A DNA stretch of 64,000 nucleotides from Sphingomicrobium sp. (GTDB taxonomy: Bacteria; Pseudomonadota; Alphaproteobacteria; Sphingomonadales; Sphingomonadaceae), in the NCBI GenBank assembly GCA_036563485.1, contig DATCMI010000001.1, forward strand, positions 516,938-580,937. The letters run 5' to 3'. The notes below the pieces were generated by a model, which ran no database searches, was not told the DNA's origin, and saw only the letters and a list, made by a program, of their open reading frames with translations. How positions within the stretch are numbered: the stretch's first letter is position 1; each line of letters opens with the position of its first letter. Below are positions 44,421 through 53,016 of the stretch, piece after piece. Position numbers and translations under genes: made by a program.

Positions 44421-46538
44421 GTGAAGTTTCAGCTGATCTCAGCGGCCGCCGCCGCTGCCGCACTCCCCGTTTCCACCGCTGCGGCACAGGGGCCCGAGGA
44501 CGTCGCCCCTGCCGCAGCGCCCGAGACAAGCCAGCCGGCGCCGGGGTCGGCTGCAGACGCGCACCCGCACAACGACCAGGCAATTGTCGTCACCGGCGTG
44601 CGTCGCCTGGCGTCCGACGTGCTCGGCGGCATTTCGGTTGTCGACGAAGCCCAGCTCAACCGTTCGCTTCGCCCGAGCCTTGGCGAAACGCTCGCCAAGC
44701 TCCCCGGCGTTTCGGCGACCAGCTTCGGCCCCGCCGCGTCGGCGCCGGTCCTGCGCGGCCTTTCCGGCGATCGCGTCCGCGTTCTCACCGACGGCATCGG
44801 TACGCTCGACCTCGCGTCGGCCGGACCCGACCATGCGCTGTCGATCAATCCGATCACCGCCGAACGTATCGAGGTCCTTCGCGGCCCCGCCGCCTTGTTG
44901 TTCGGGTCCTCCGCGATCGGCGGCGTGGTCAACGTTATCGACACGCGCATCCCGCGCCATTCGCCGAGCGGCCGCGTCGGGCTCGACGCCATCGCTCAAT
45001 ATGGAAGCGCCGCCGACGAACGTTCGGCCAACGCCTCGCTCAACCTACCGCTCGGCGGCCATTTCGTGCTGCACGCGGATGGCAACATCTCGAAGACGAA
45101 CGACCTCGAAATAGGCAGCTATGTGCTCTCGCCGATCTTGCGGAAGCAGGCGCTGGCGAGCCCCGACGCCGATGTGCGTGCGCTCGCCGACCGCAAGGGT
45201 ACCCTCCCCAACTCGGCCTCCAAGGCGAAGGAAGGCGCGCTCGGCTTCGGCTATGTCGATGGCCCGCTCAACGTCGGCGTCTCGGTCACGCGCCACACCT
45301 CCACCTACGAAGTGCCGATCCGCTACTCGCTTGATCCGGGCATCGAGGCCGAAGCGCCGACCATCGACCTCGCGCAGACCCGCTACGACGCTCGCGCCGA
45401 AATCCCGATCGGCGGCTTCTTCAGCCAGGTCCGCGCGCGTGCCGGCTATTCCAACTATCGCCACGCGGAGATCGAGGAGAATGGCGAAATCGGTTCTCGC
45501 TTCTTCAGCAAGGGTGCCGAAGGCCGGGTCGAGCTGGTTCAGCGCGACCGCTCAGGCTGGGGCGGCACCAGCGGCGTTCAATATCTCAACCGCAATGCGC
45601 GCATCCGCGGCGAAGAGAAGTTCCTGCCCGACAGCCGCGAGCGCCAGGCCGGCCTGTTCACGCTGCAGACGCTGGTCAATGGACCGCTGCGCATCGAAGG
45701 TGGCGTCCGCGTCGAGTTTAGCAAGCTGACGGCCGACGCCGACGACCAGATCGCTACCGCGGCTCGCGCCGAGGATTTCACCACCGTGTCCGCTTCGCTC
45801 GGCGGCCAATATGAGTTCGCGCCGGGCTGGCGCGCTGGCCTGTCGGCGACGCACAGCGAGCGCGCTCCGTCGGTCGAGGAGCTGTTCGCCCAAGGTCCGC
45901 ACGGCGGCAGCCAATCCTTCATCATCGGCAATCCGGCCCTCAGCCCGGAAAAGAGCAATTCGGTCGAGCTGACCCTGCATCGCTCGGCGGGGCTGCTGCA
46001 CCTGACCGGCAACCTCTATTACAGCCGCTTTTCCAACTTCATCTTCGAAGCGCCGGTCAATCAGATCACCGACGACCTGCCGGTCTTCCAGTTCGCGCAG
46101 GGCAAAGCGGATTATTATGGCTTCGAGCTGTCGGGCGATGCGAAGCTCGGCCACGCCTTCGGCATCAATTGGGGCACGGAGTTCCAGGCCGATGCGGTGC
46201 GGGCCACGATCAAGGGCTTCGGTCCCGCGCCGCTGATCCCGCCGCTCCGGCTGCTCGGCGCCGTCACCGGCACCCGCGGCCAGCTCGACGGCCGGGTCGA
46301 GGTCGAGCATGCCTTCGCTCACAACCGCACCGCGCCGAACGAGACTCCGACGCCCGCCTATACGCTCGTTAACGCCTCTCTCGACTGGCATCCGTTCCAG
46401 GCCAAGCCGGAGCTGACGCTGTCGCTGATCGCCAACAATATCTTCGACGTCGACGCGCGCCGCAGCACCAGCCTGCTCAAGGATTTCGCCCCCCTCGCCG
46501 GCCGCGACATCCGCATCAGCGCGCGCCTGAAGTTCTAA
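44421..46538 (+). CDS. TonB-dependent outer-membrane receptor
   Basis: Signal peptide VKFQLISAAAAAAALPVSTAAAQ, plug domain (AIVVTGVRR, VLRGPAALLFGSSAIGGVVNV), and a C-terminal ISARLKF. GTG at 44421 follows AGGAAC; alternative ATG at 44379. Confidence 0.9.
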   Translation: MKFQLISAAAAAAALPVSTAAAQGPEDVAPAAAPETSQPAPGSAADAHPHNDQAIVVTGVRRLASDVLGGISVVDEAQLNRSLRPSLGETLAKLPGVSATSFGPAASAPVLRGLSGDRVRVLTDGIGTLDLASAGPDHALSINPITAERIEVLRGPAALLFGSSAIGGVVNVIDTRIPRHSPSGRVGLDAIAQYGSAADERSANASLNLPLGGHFVLHADGNISKTNDLEIGSYVLSPILRKQALASPDADVRALADRKGTLPNSASKAKEGALGFGYVDGPLNVGVSVTRHTSTYEVPIRYSLDPGIEAEAPTIDLAQTRYDARAEIPIGGFFSQVRARAGYSNYRHAEIEENGEIGSRFFSKGAEGRVELVQRDRSGWGGTSGVQYLNRNARIRGEEKFLPDSRERQAGLFTLQTLVNGPLRIEGGVRVEFSKLTADADDQIATAARAEDFTTVSASLGGQYEFAPGWRAGLSATHSERAPSVEELFAQGPHGGSQSFIIGNPALSPEKSNSVELTLHRSAGLLHLTGNLYYSRFSNFIFEAPVNQITDDLPVFQFAQGKADYYGFELSGDAKLGHAFGINWGTEFQADAVRATIKGFGPAPLIPPLRLLGAVTGTRGQLDGRVEVEHAFAHNRTAPNETPTPAYTLVNASLDWHPFQAKPELTLSLIANNIFDVDARRSTSLLKDFAPLAGRDIRISARLKF

Positions 46539-46543
46539 AGAAA

Positions 46544-46575
46544 AGAGGCCCGGCGGAAGGGATCGCCGGGCCTCT
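46544..46575. terminator. Bidirectional terminator hairpin (AGAGGCCCGGCG-gaagggat-CGCCGGGCCTCT)
   Basis: Perfect 12-bp stem between the convergent TBDR and psp genes. The minus-strand reading is followed by TTTTCTTT. Confidence 0.7.
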
Positions 46576-46667
46576 TGGTGGGCCCCATCGAAGTACCACT
46601 TCCATGGGTACCCTTGGCAGCGCGTTACGGGGAGAGAGAGAACGCGCTTTCCTGTCTCTGTGGCCGC

Positions 46668-46901
46668 CTAGAGGTCGATGCCGGCGGCGATCGCCTCGAG
46701 CTTGCGGACGCGCTCGCGAAGGTCGGCGATCTCGATTCGGCCGCTCGCCGGCGGAAGTCCGCGGTCCCCGGCGACCTGCGCCAGCTCCATTTTCTTGAGC
46801 TCGAGCCATCCGCCCCAGGCCTTGAGGCCGGCCACGCTTGCTCCACCGAGCCCGGCAATGATGCTCGCGCTCAACACTCCAATCGTCAGCGGGTCCATCA
46901 C
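46668..46901 (-). CDS. pspB: PspB-like envelope stress response membrane protein
   Basis: 77 aa with an N-terminal TM segment and a C-terminal amphipathic helix (IEIADLRERVRKLEAI). 4-nt overlap with pspC. Confidence 0.6.
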   Translation of the reverse strand: MMDPLTIGVLSASIIAGLGGASVAGLKAWGGWLELKKMELAQVAGDRGLPPASGRIEIADLRERVRKLEAIAAGIDL

Positions 46902-47302
46902 TTCTCCTCCTGCCGGAGCGCTTCGATCTCGCGCGCCAGCTCATCGTTCTGGCTGTTGATGTGGTGGTCGATCGCCATCAGGCGGCGGTCGGTCTCGTCG
47001 AGCTCGGTGCGCATCGCGTGCACCGAGGAGTTGCGCCGTGCGGCGACGTCCATCCGCTCGAAGTCACTCATCCGGCGTTCGCCGCGCATCGACTTCTTCT
47101 TTTGCACCGCAAGGTAGATGCCGATGGCGGCATAAGCGATCAGCGTAAGCTTGAAGCTGATGAAGATCGCGGCCGCGACGAAGCCCAGGCGGACGAAAGT
47201 CGGGTCGACGCCCACCATGCCGCCGATCGTCGAGCAGACACCCGCGACCTTCTTGTCGTGGCGGTCGAGTGAGTACGGATAAATTTTGCGTGCCATCGTC
47301 AT
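46898..47302 (-). CDS. pspC: PspC-domain envelope stress response membrane protein
   Basis: LDRHDKKVAGVCSTIGGMVGVDPTFVRLGFVAAAIF (PspC domain), then a TM segment and a coiled coil. Confidence 0.8.
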   Translation of the reverse strand: MTMARKIYPYSLDRHDKKVAGVCSTIGGMVGVDPTFVRLGFVAAAIFISFKLTLIAYAAIGIYLAVQKKKSMRGERRMSDFERMDVAARRNSSVHAMRTELDETDRRLMAIDHHINSQNDELAREIEALRQEEK

Positions 47303-47320
47303 TGTCCCCTTCCTTTCGGT

Positions 47321-48094
47321 TCAGTTGTTGCGCGCCTTCAGCGCGGCTTTCATTTCTTCGAGCTGGGCGTCGATCGCGTCCGACGCTTTCAGCTGGTCGA
47401 TCTCGTCTTCGAGGCTGGTGATCCCGAGCGCTTCGGCGCGGCCTTCCGCAAAGTCGGCGCGGCGCTCGAGCACTTCAAACTTGGCGAAGGCGTCCGCCGT
47501 GCGGCTGCCATGCATCACCTCGCGGGCCTTTGCCCTGCTGACGGCGCTTTCGAGCCGGGCGGCGATCGCATTCTGGCGCGCCCGCGCTTCGCGGAGCTTC
47601 GCCTGAAGCTTGGCGATGTCGGCTTCGTAGCCGCGCAGCACCTGCTCCATCTGCTGGAGCTCGTCGCGAAGGCCGTCCGCCATGTCGGCAGCCTTCTGCT
47701 TTTCGACGAGCGCCGCCTTGGCAAGGTCGTCCCGGTCCTTCGACAGCGCCAGCTCAGCCTTGGCGTTCCAGTCGGCCTGCAGCCCGTCGAGGCGACCGAT
47801 TGCGCGCCGCATTTCCTTGACGTCGGCAATCGATCGGGCAGCGCTGGCGCGGATTTCGACCAAAGTCTCTTCCATCTCCAGGATGATCATGCGGATCATC
47901 CGGGCCGGATCCTCGGCGCGGTCCAGAAGCTCGGTCATGTTCGCTGCGAAAATGTCGCGAGCGCGGCTGAACACGGGACCGCTGAGCCAGCCGGCGACGG
48001 GAGCGAAGCGCCCGCTCTTCGGCTCGGTTTCCACCTCGACCATGCGAGGCGTGCGGACCGGGACCTTGGCTTCGAGGATCTCCAGTTCAGGCAT
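47321..48094 (-). CDS. pspA: Phage shock protein A (PspA/IM30 family)
   Basis: VFSRARDIFAANMTELLDRAEDPARMIRMIILEMEETLVEIR plus long coiled coils. ATG at 48094 follows GGAGAGG, leaving a ~40-aa N-terminal extension before the conserved core. Confidence 0.9.
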   Translation of the reverse strand: MPELEILEAKVPVRTPRMVEVETEPKSGRFAPVAGWLSGPVFSRARDIFAANMTELLDRAEDPARMIRMIILEMEETLVEIRASAARSIADVKEMRRAIGRLDGLQADWNAKAELALSKDRDDLAKAALVEKQKAADMADGLRDELQQMEQVLRGYEADIAKLQAKLREARARQNAIAARLESAVSRAKAREVMHGSRTADAFAKFEVLERRADFAEGRAEALGITSLEDEIDQLKASDAIDAQLEEMKAALKARNN

Positions 48095-48221
48095 TGATGC
48101 TGACCTCTCCGCTGTTGGCGACTGCCTGCGCCGGTCCCACAGCGGCACCGACGGTAACCGTGCTCATCGCAAGGGCCGCGGCGATCGCGACCAGCGTGCG
48201 GGTGAAAGGCGACTGCGACAT
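48087..48221 (-). CDS. Unannotated 44-codon ORF, hydrophobic / signal-peptide-like, translationally coupled to pspA
   Basis: MSQSPFTRTLVAIAAALAMSTVTVGAAVGPAQAVANSGEVSINA. AAGGAGAG SD 6 nt upstream of the ATG, and its TGA overlaps the pspA ATG. Below the ORF-track size cut-off. Confidence 0.5.
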   Translation of the reverse strand: MSQSPFTRTLVAIAAALAMSTVTVGAAVGPAQAVANSGEVSINA

Positions 48222-48276
48222 TGAAACTCTCCTTTTTGCTCGGCCCCTTTGCCCACGGGCCGATGCAACTAGCTAA

Positions 48277-48291
48277 TCAAGGAGCGTGCCA
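48277..48291 (-). promoter_or_regulatory. Sigma54-type -24/-12 promoter candidate (TGGCACGCTCCTTGA) upstream of the small ORF and pspABC
   Basis: The minus strand reads TTGGCACGCTCCTTGATTAGC. This matches TGGCAC-N5-TTGC except for the last base, and lies about 55 nt upstream of the ORF start at 48221. Confidence 0.5.
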
Positions 48292-48382
48292 ATCCCGGAA
48301 AACCGCCAAATACGACTGGATCGGAGGCAATGTCGTGGGATTTACCAACCAAGAATTGGCGGGATTCGCCACGCTTCGGTTG

Positions 48383-48408
48383 GGAACATTCGCCAGCCGC
48401 GGTGCGTC
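48383..48408 (+). promoter_or_regulatory. Candidate EcfG-type promoter, GGAAC-N17-CGTC
   Basis: GGAAC at 48383-48387, a 17-nt spacer, then CGTC at 48405-48408, about 33 nt upstream of the ATG at 48441. Same architecture as the site at 13405. Confidence 0.45.
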
Positions 48409-48440
48409 GAAGCGGCAACGGACAAGCAGGAGACTTTACG

Positions 48441-48668
48441 ATGCTAGGGAAGCTTGCAGGCGCATGGCTCGGCAGCCGCGTGGCAGGGCGCCACTCGGGC
48501 GCGAAGGGCGCAATCCTCGGCTATGGTGCGGCCGCCCTCGCGCGGCGCAGCGTTCCCGCGCTAGCGGCAGTGGCGCTCGGAAGCTGGGCGTTCAACAAGT
48601 GGCGCGACAAGCAGCGCGCACACCCGAGCTATCCTTCGGACGCGACGCCCGCTTCGCCCTCGGCCTGA
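48441..48668 (+). CDS. Small glycine-zipper-like membrane protein
   Basis: MLGKLAGAWLGSRVAGRHSGAKGAILGYGAAALARRSVPALAAVALGSWAF. AGGAG SD before the internal ATG at 48441. Confidence 0.6.
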   Translation: MLGKLAGAWLGSRVAGRHSGAKGAILGYGAAALARRSVPALAAVALGSWAFNKWRDKQRAHPSYPSDATPASPSA

Positions 48669-48919
48669 GGCGGGTTTTCGAAATAGGGCTCGACCTGGCC
48701 CTTTAGCTTGACCGTCATCGGCTGGCCGAAGCGGTCGCGGCTCTTGCCGGCGGCAACGCGGATCCATCCTTCGCTGATCGAATATTCGATCACGTTGGTC
48801 TTCTCGTTGCCGTTGAACTTGATGCCGACGCCGCGGCTCAGGACGTCCTCGTCATAATATTCGCTGCGCGGGTCCAGCGACAGGCGGTCGGGTAGGTTGT
48901 CGGTCTTGCTATCGGCCAC
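48629..48919 (-). CDS. DUF3297 family protein
   Basis: PDRLSLDPRSEYYDEDVLSRGVGIKFNGNEKTNVIEYSISEGWIRV...MTVKLKGQVEPYF. Confidence 0.8.
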   Translation of the reverse strand: MADSKTDNLPDRLSLDPRSEYYDEDVLSRGVGIKFNGNEKTNVIEYSISEGWIRVAAGKSRDRFGQPMTVKLKGQVEPYFENPPQAEGEAGVASEG

Positions 48920-48925
48920 TTCTCG

Positions 48926-49417
48926 TCACTTCTTCCGGGTGAAATCGACACTGACGACGTTGGAGCCGTCCTCGCGCTGCTGGGCGGCTTCACCGTCCGG
49001 CTCATCATTCTCCGCTTCCTCATGCTCGTCGGCAGGCGCTTCGCCGGCGTCGGCGTGGAAGGTCAGGGCGAATTCGACCGCGGGGTCGTGGAACTGGGTG
49101 ACCGCGGCGAACGGCACGTAGAGCGTCGCGGGGACGCCGCCGAACGACAGGCCGACCGAAAATGCGTCCGCCTCGACCTTGAGGTCCCAGAAGCGGTGCT
49201 GGATGACGATCGTCATCTCGTCCGGGAAGCGCTCCATCAGGTGCTTCGGGATCGCGACGCCCGGCATCCTGGTGTTGAAGGTGATATAGAAATGGTGCTC
49301 GCCCGGCAGTCCGCCCGACTGCTCCACTTCGCGAAGCACCCGTCCGACCACCGCCCGAAGCGCGTCCTGCACGATCTCGTCGTACGGGATCAGGCTTTCC
49401 GGGGTCTCGTCGCTCAT
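48926..49417 (-). CDS. sspB: ClpXP adaptor SspB (alphaproteobacterial type)
   Basis: LIPYDEIVQDALRAVVGRVL, GEHHFYITFNTRMPGVAIP, and an acidic C-terminal tail ending in a basic ClpX-binding-like tip. Internal ATG at 49417. Confidence 0.85.
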   Translation of the reverse strand: MSDETPESLIPYDEIVQDALRAVVGRVLREVEQSGGLPGEHHFYITFNTRMPGVAIPKHLMERFPDEMTIVIQHRFWDLKVEADAFSVGLSFGGVPATLYVPFAAVTQFHDPAVEFALTFHADAGEAPADEHEEAENDEPDGEAAQQREDGSNVVSVDFTRKK

Positions 49418-49460
49418 GGCTTTCGTGGTAGCGGGCGAGCAATTCGGGTCAAGCGGAGTC

Positions 49461-49844
49461 ATGCCCATGCCGATCGATGCCACCCAGCCCTATGACGACA
49501 GCAACATCTTCGCGCGCATCCTTCGCGGCGAGTTGCCGTGCCGGAAAGTCTTCGAAGACGATCATGTGCTGGCCTTCGAGGACATCGCCCCTGCCGCACC
49601 GACCCACATCCTGGTCATTCCCAAGGGCAGATACGTCTCATGGGACGACTTTTCCGCGACCGCCTCGGACGAGGAAATCGCCGCCTTCGTGCGCGCCGCG
49701 GGCCGCATCGCGCGGGAAGCCGGACTGGTCGAAAGCGGCTACCGGCTGCTCGCCAACGCCGGGCTCGACGCCGGCCAGGAAGTGCCGCACCTCCACCTCC
49801 ACATCTTTGCCGGGCGGCCGCTCGGGCCGATGCTGGCGCATTAG
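49461..49844 (+). CDS. HIT family nucleotide hydrolase
   Basis: IFARILRGELPCRKVFEDDHVLAFEDI and the histidine triad HLHLHIF. Confidence 0.92.
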   Translation: MPMPIDATQPYDDSNIFARILRGELPCRKVFEDDHVLAFEDIAPAAPTHILVIPKGRYVSWDDFSATASDEEIAAFVRAAGRIAREAGLVESGYRLLANAGLDAGQEVPHLHLHIFAGRPLGPMLAH

Positions 49845-49933
49845 GGCCGGCTACTAACGCTATTGCCCTCGCTTAAACAGCCGCTAGGCTCCCCCGCCTG
49901 AGGCGCGAGGGAGCGCCAATCAAGGGGACGGAC

Positions 49934-51514
49934 ATGATCTTCGGGCGCGTAAAGCCACTCGACGCTATCCTGGCCACCGCTGAAAAGAAATCGCTGCACC
50001 GCTCGCTGGGCGCGCTGCAGCTGACCTTGTTCGGCATCGGCTGCATTATCGGTACTGGTATTTTCGTCCTGACCGCCGCCGGCGCTCAGAAAGCAGGCCC
50101 GGGCCTTATGGTCGCCTTCGTGATCGCCGGCCTGGTCTGCATCGTTGCCGCGCTCTGCTATGCGGAGATCGCCGCGATGGTTCCGGTCGCAGGGTCGGCC
50201 TACACCTATACCTATGCGACAATGGGCGAGTTCCTCGCCTGGACCGTCGGCTGGGCGCTCGTCCTTGAATATGCGATCGCCGCATCGGCGGTGTCGGTCG
50301 GCTGGTCCGGCTTCTTCACAGGAACGATCCTTCAAGAGACGTTCGGGATAGCGTTGCCGCCGTTCCTGACGGCGGGTCCGCTTGCGCTCGGCGGCGCTCC
50401 GGGCGGGTTCATCAACCTGCCGGCACTCATCATCGCCCTTCTCGTCACATGGCTGCTGATGATCGGCACCAGCGAGAGCGCGAAGGTCAATGCGGTCCTC
50501 GTCGCCATCAAGCTGACGGCGCTCACCGCCTTCCTGGTGCTCACCTTGCCGCGCATCAATCCGGAGCATTTCAACCCGTTCCTGCCGGCCGGCGTCTTCG
50601 GCGGCTTCGGCACGGGTGTCGGCGCCGTCGGCGCTGCCGCGACGATCTTCTTCGCCTATGTCGGCTTCGACGCGGTCTCGACCGCGGCCGAGGAAACCAA
50701 GAACCCTCAGCGCAACGTGCCGATCGGCCTGATCGGGTCGCTCCTGTTCTGCACGGTCTTCTACATCCTCGTTGCAGCCGGCGCGATCGGCGCCATGCCG
50801 ACGGGCGGCCAGCCGATCATGGGCCCGAACGGCGTGCCGTTCCCCGCCGGGTCGGAAGAGCTGGCCCGCCAGTGCGCGATGCCGCAGTACAAGGAGGCGC
50901 TCGTCTGCTCGAATGAAGCGCTGGCCCACGTGCTGCGCACGATCGGCTTCGGCGCCATCGGCAATGCGGTCGGCTATGCCGCCATCCTGGCGCTTCCGTC
51001 GGTCATCCTGATCCTGCTGTTCGGCCAGACCCGCATCTTCTTCGTGATGGCGCGCGACGGCCTGCTTCCGGAAAGCTGGAGCAAGGTCCACCCGAAGTGG
51101 AAGACGCCCTACGTGATCACCGCCATCACCGGCGTGCTGGTTGCGGTCGCCGCGGCCTTCCTCCCGGTCGGCCAGCTCGCCGATATCGCGAATGCCGGAA
51201 CGCTCTACGCCTTCCTGATGGTGGCGATCGCGGTGATGATGCTTCGCCGGACGGACCCGTCGCGCCAGCGCGTGTTCCGCGTGCCGGGGCTGATGATCAT
51301 CGGCCCGCTGACGATTGCCGGCTGCCTGTTCCTGTTCTTCAACCTGCCGACGGCAGCGATGCTGGTGCTCCCCATCTGGGGCGCCATCGGCCTGCTCTTC
51401 TACTTCGGCTACGGACGCCGGAAGAGCCATGTCGGCCGCGGCATCATCGATGTCCCCGAAAGCGAGGTCGACCGCCTCGAACCGAAGGTGGCAGGGGTCG
51501 GCGGCGAAGACTGA
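49934..51514 (+). CDS. Amino acid permease (APC superfamily, cationic amino acid transporter-like)
   Basis: LGALQLTLFGIGCIIGTGIFVLTG-type motif, AYVGFDAVSTAAEETKNPQRNVP, and about 14 TM segments. Confidence 0.92.
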   Translation: MIFGRVKPLDAILATAEKKSLHRSLGALQLTLFGIGCIIGTGIFVLTAAGAQKAGPGLMVAFVIAGLVCIVAALCYAEIAAMVPVAGSAYTYTYATMGEFLAWTVGWALVLEYAIAASAVSVGWSGFFTGTILQETFGIALPPFLTAGPLALGGAPGGFINLPALIIALLVTWLLMIGTSESAKVNAVLVAIKLTALTAFLVLTLPRINPEHFNPFLPAGVFGGFGTGVGAVGAAATIFFAYVGFDAVSTAAEETKNPQRNVPIGLIGSLLFCTVFYILVAAGAIGAMPTGGQPIMGPNGVPFPAGSEELARQCAMPQYKEALVCSNEALAHVLRTIGFGAIGNAVGYAAILALPSVILILLFGQTRIFFVMARDGLLPESWSKVHPKWKTPYVITAITGVLVAVAAAFLPVGQLADIANAGTLYAFLMVAIAVMMLRRTDPSRQRVFRVPGLMIIGPLTIAGCLFLFFNLPTAAMLVLPIWGAIGLLFYFGYGRRKSHVGRGIIDVPESEVDRLEPKVAGVGGED

Positions 51515-51538
51515 TCGCCGCGAACCGATCGAAAGCGA

Positions 51539-51571
51539 GGGCGGTGCCGAAAGGCGCCGCCCTTTCTTTTT
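51539..51571 (+). terminator. Rho-independent terminator (GGGCGGTGCC-gaaa-GGCGCCGCCC-TTTCTTTTT)
   Basis: 10-bp stem with one mismatch followed by a T-run, 25 nt after the permease stop. It abuts the stop of the convergent pfkB-family gene. Confidence 0.75.
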
Positions 51572-52565
51572 AGGCGACGAGTTCGCCGGCCAGCTGGCGC
51601 AGGTCGGCCTCGGGCCGGGCGCCATAATGCTGGATCACTTCCGCGGCGCAGATCGCGCCAAGCCGCAGCGATTGCTCGAGGCTGAGCTCGCGCGCGACGC
51701 CGGCAAGGAAGCCGGCCGCGAACAGGTCGCCCGCGCCGGTCGTGTCGACCAGCTTCTCGATCTTTTCGGCAGGCACTTGCGCCCGCTCACTGCCGCGCGT
51801 TGCAAGGGCCCCCTGCTCGCTGCGGGTGACCACGAGCGTCGGCACCTTGTCGGCGAACTTGGCAACCGCCGCATCGACGTCGCTTTCCTCGGCCAGCTCC
51901 AGGATCTCCGCTTCGTTGGCGAACAGGATGTCGAGCTTACCCTCCGCGATCAGGCGCAGGATATCCGGCCCGTGCCGGCCGATCAGGAATGAATCGGACA
52001 GCGTGAACGCGACCAAAGTGCCCGCTTCCCGCGCCATGTCGATCGCCTGCTCCATCGCCTGGCGCGGCACGTCGGCGTCCCACAAATAGCCTTCGAGGTA
52101 GAGGATCTTCGCCGCCCCGATCAGCTCCGGCGTCACGGCGCTGCTGTCCAGCATCTGCGCCGCGCCCAGAAAGGTATTCATCGTCCGCTGCGCATCGCCG
52201 GTGACCAGGATCAGCGAGCTCGCCGTCGCCCCAACATCGTCGCGCGCAGGCGTATCGAACTCGACGCCGAGGCTGCGGATGTCGTGGCGGAAAATGCGCC
52301 CCAACTGGTCGTCCGCGACCTGCCCGATGAACCCGGCCTTCAGCCCAAGAGCCGCGACGCCCGAGGCCGTATTGCCGGCCGAACCGCCGGACAGCTCGCG
52401 TCCCGGTCCCATCGCCTCATAGAGCCGCGCCGATTCCGCTTCGTCGATCAGCCGCATCGATCCCTTCGCCAGCCCCTGCGCGTCGAGGAAGGCATCGTCC
52501 GCGTCGGCGATCACGTCGACGATGGCATTGCCGATTGCGAGCACGTCGAGGCGGCGGTCGGTCAT
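51570..52565 (-). CDS. PfkB-family carbohydrate/nucleoside kinase (adenosine kinase-like)
   Basis: DVLAIGNAIVDV, GGSAGNTA and DTTGAGDLFAAGFL (PfkB signature 2). Confidence 0.88.
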   Translation of the reverse strand: MTDRRLDVLAIGNAIVDVIADADDAFLDAQGLAKGSMRLIDEAESARLYEAMGPGRELSGGSAGNTASGVAALGLKAGFIGQVADDQLGRIFRHDIRSLGVEFDTPARDDVGATASSLILVTGDAQRTMNTFLGAAQMLDSSAVTPELIGAAKILYLEGYLWDADVPRQAMEQAIDMAREAGTLVAFTLSDSFLIGRHGPDILRLIAEGKLDILFANEAEILELAEESDVDAAVAKFADKVPTLVVTRSEQGALATRGSERAQVPAEKIEKLVDTTGAGDLFAAGFLAGVARELSLEQSLRLGAICAAEVIQHYGARPEADLRQLAGELVA

Positions 52566-52665
52566 GAAGTCACTTTCGAAATCTGTGGAGAAGCGGGCCG
52601 CCTAGCCGCCGGTGGACCCCATCGCAACATTGCCTCGCGGACGAGGCACGGGCATTCGATCATCC

Positions 52666-53016
52666 ATGCGCCTAATCGTCCTCGCCTCGACCCTCATCCT
52701 CGCCGGTTGCGCCACCCGCCCCCAGCAGGCACCGACGCCCATCCCGCAGCAGCCTCAGCCCGTGCCGGTCGAGCGCAGCGGCCTCAACGGGCTCACGCCG
52801 AATGAGCTGGTCACGCGCCTCGGCACCCCGGCACTTCAGATCCGCGAAGGAACGAGCCTCAAGCTCCAGTTCCGCAGCCCCAGCTGCGTGCTCGACGCTT
52901 ACCTATATCCCACCGCCGGCGGCCAGATGCGCGTCACCCACGTCGACACGCGCCTGCCCGCGGGAACCTCGACCAATCAGGCGGCCTGCATCGCCGCGAT
53001 CGAAAACCCGATCTGA
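52666..53016 (+). CDS. Putative lipoprotein
   Basis: MRLIVLASTLILAGCATRP lipobox. Internal ATG at 52666. Confidence 0.65.
   Translation: MRLIVLASTLILAGCATRPQQAPTPIPQQPQPVPVERSGLNGLTPNELVTRLGTPALQIREGTSLKLQFRSPSCVLDAYLYPTAGGQMRVTHVDTRLPAGTSTNQAACIAAIENPI

Noticed and set aside
49841-51625. 594-aa ORF on the minus strand
   Set aside because: It is antisense to the amino acid permease, which has unmistakable APC motifs and TM periodicity.
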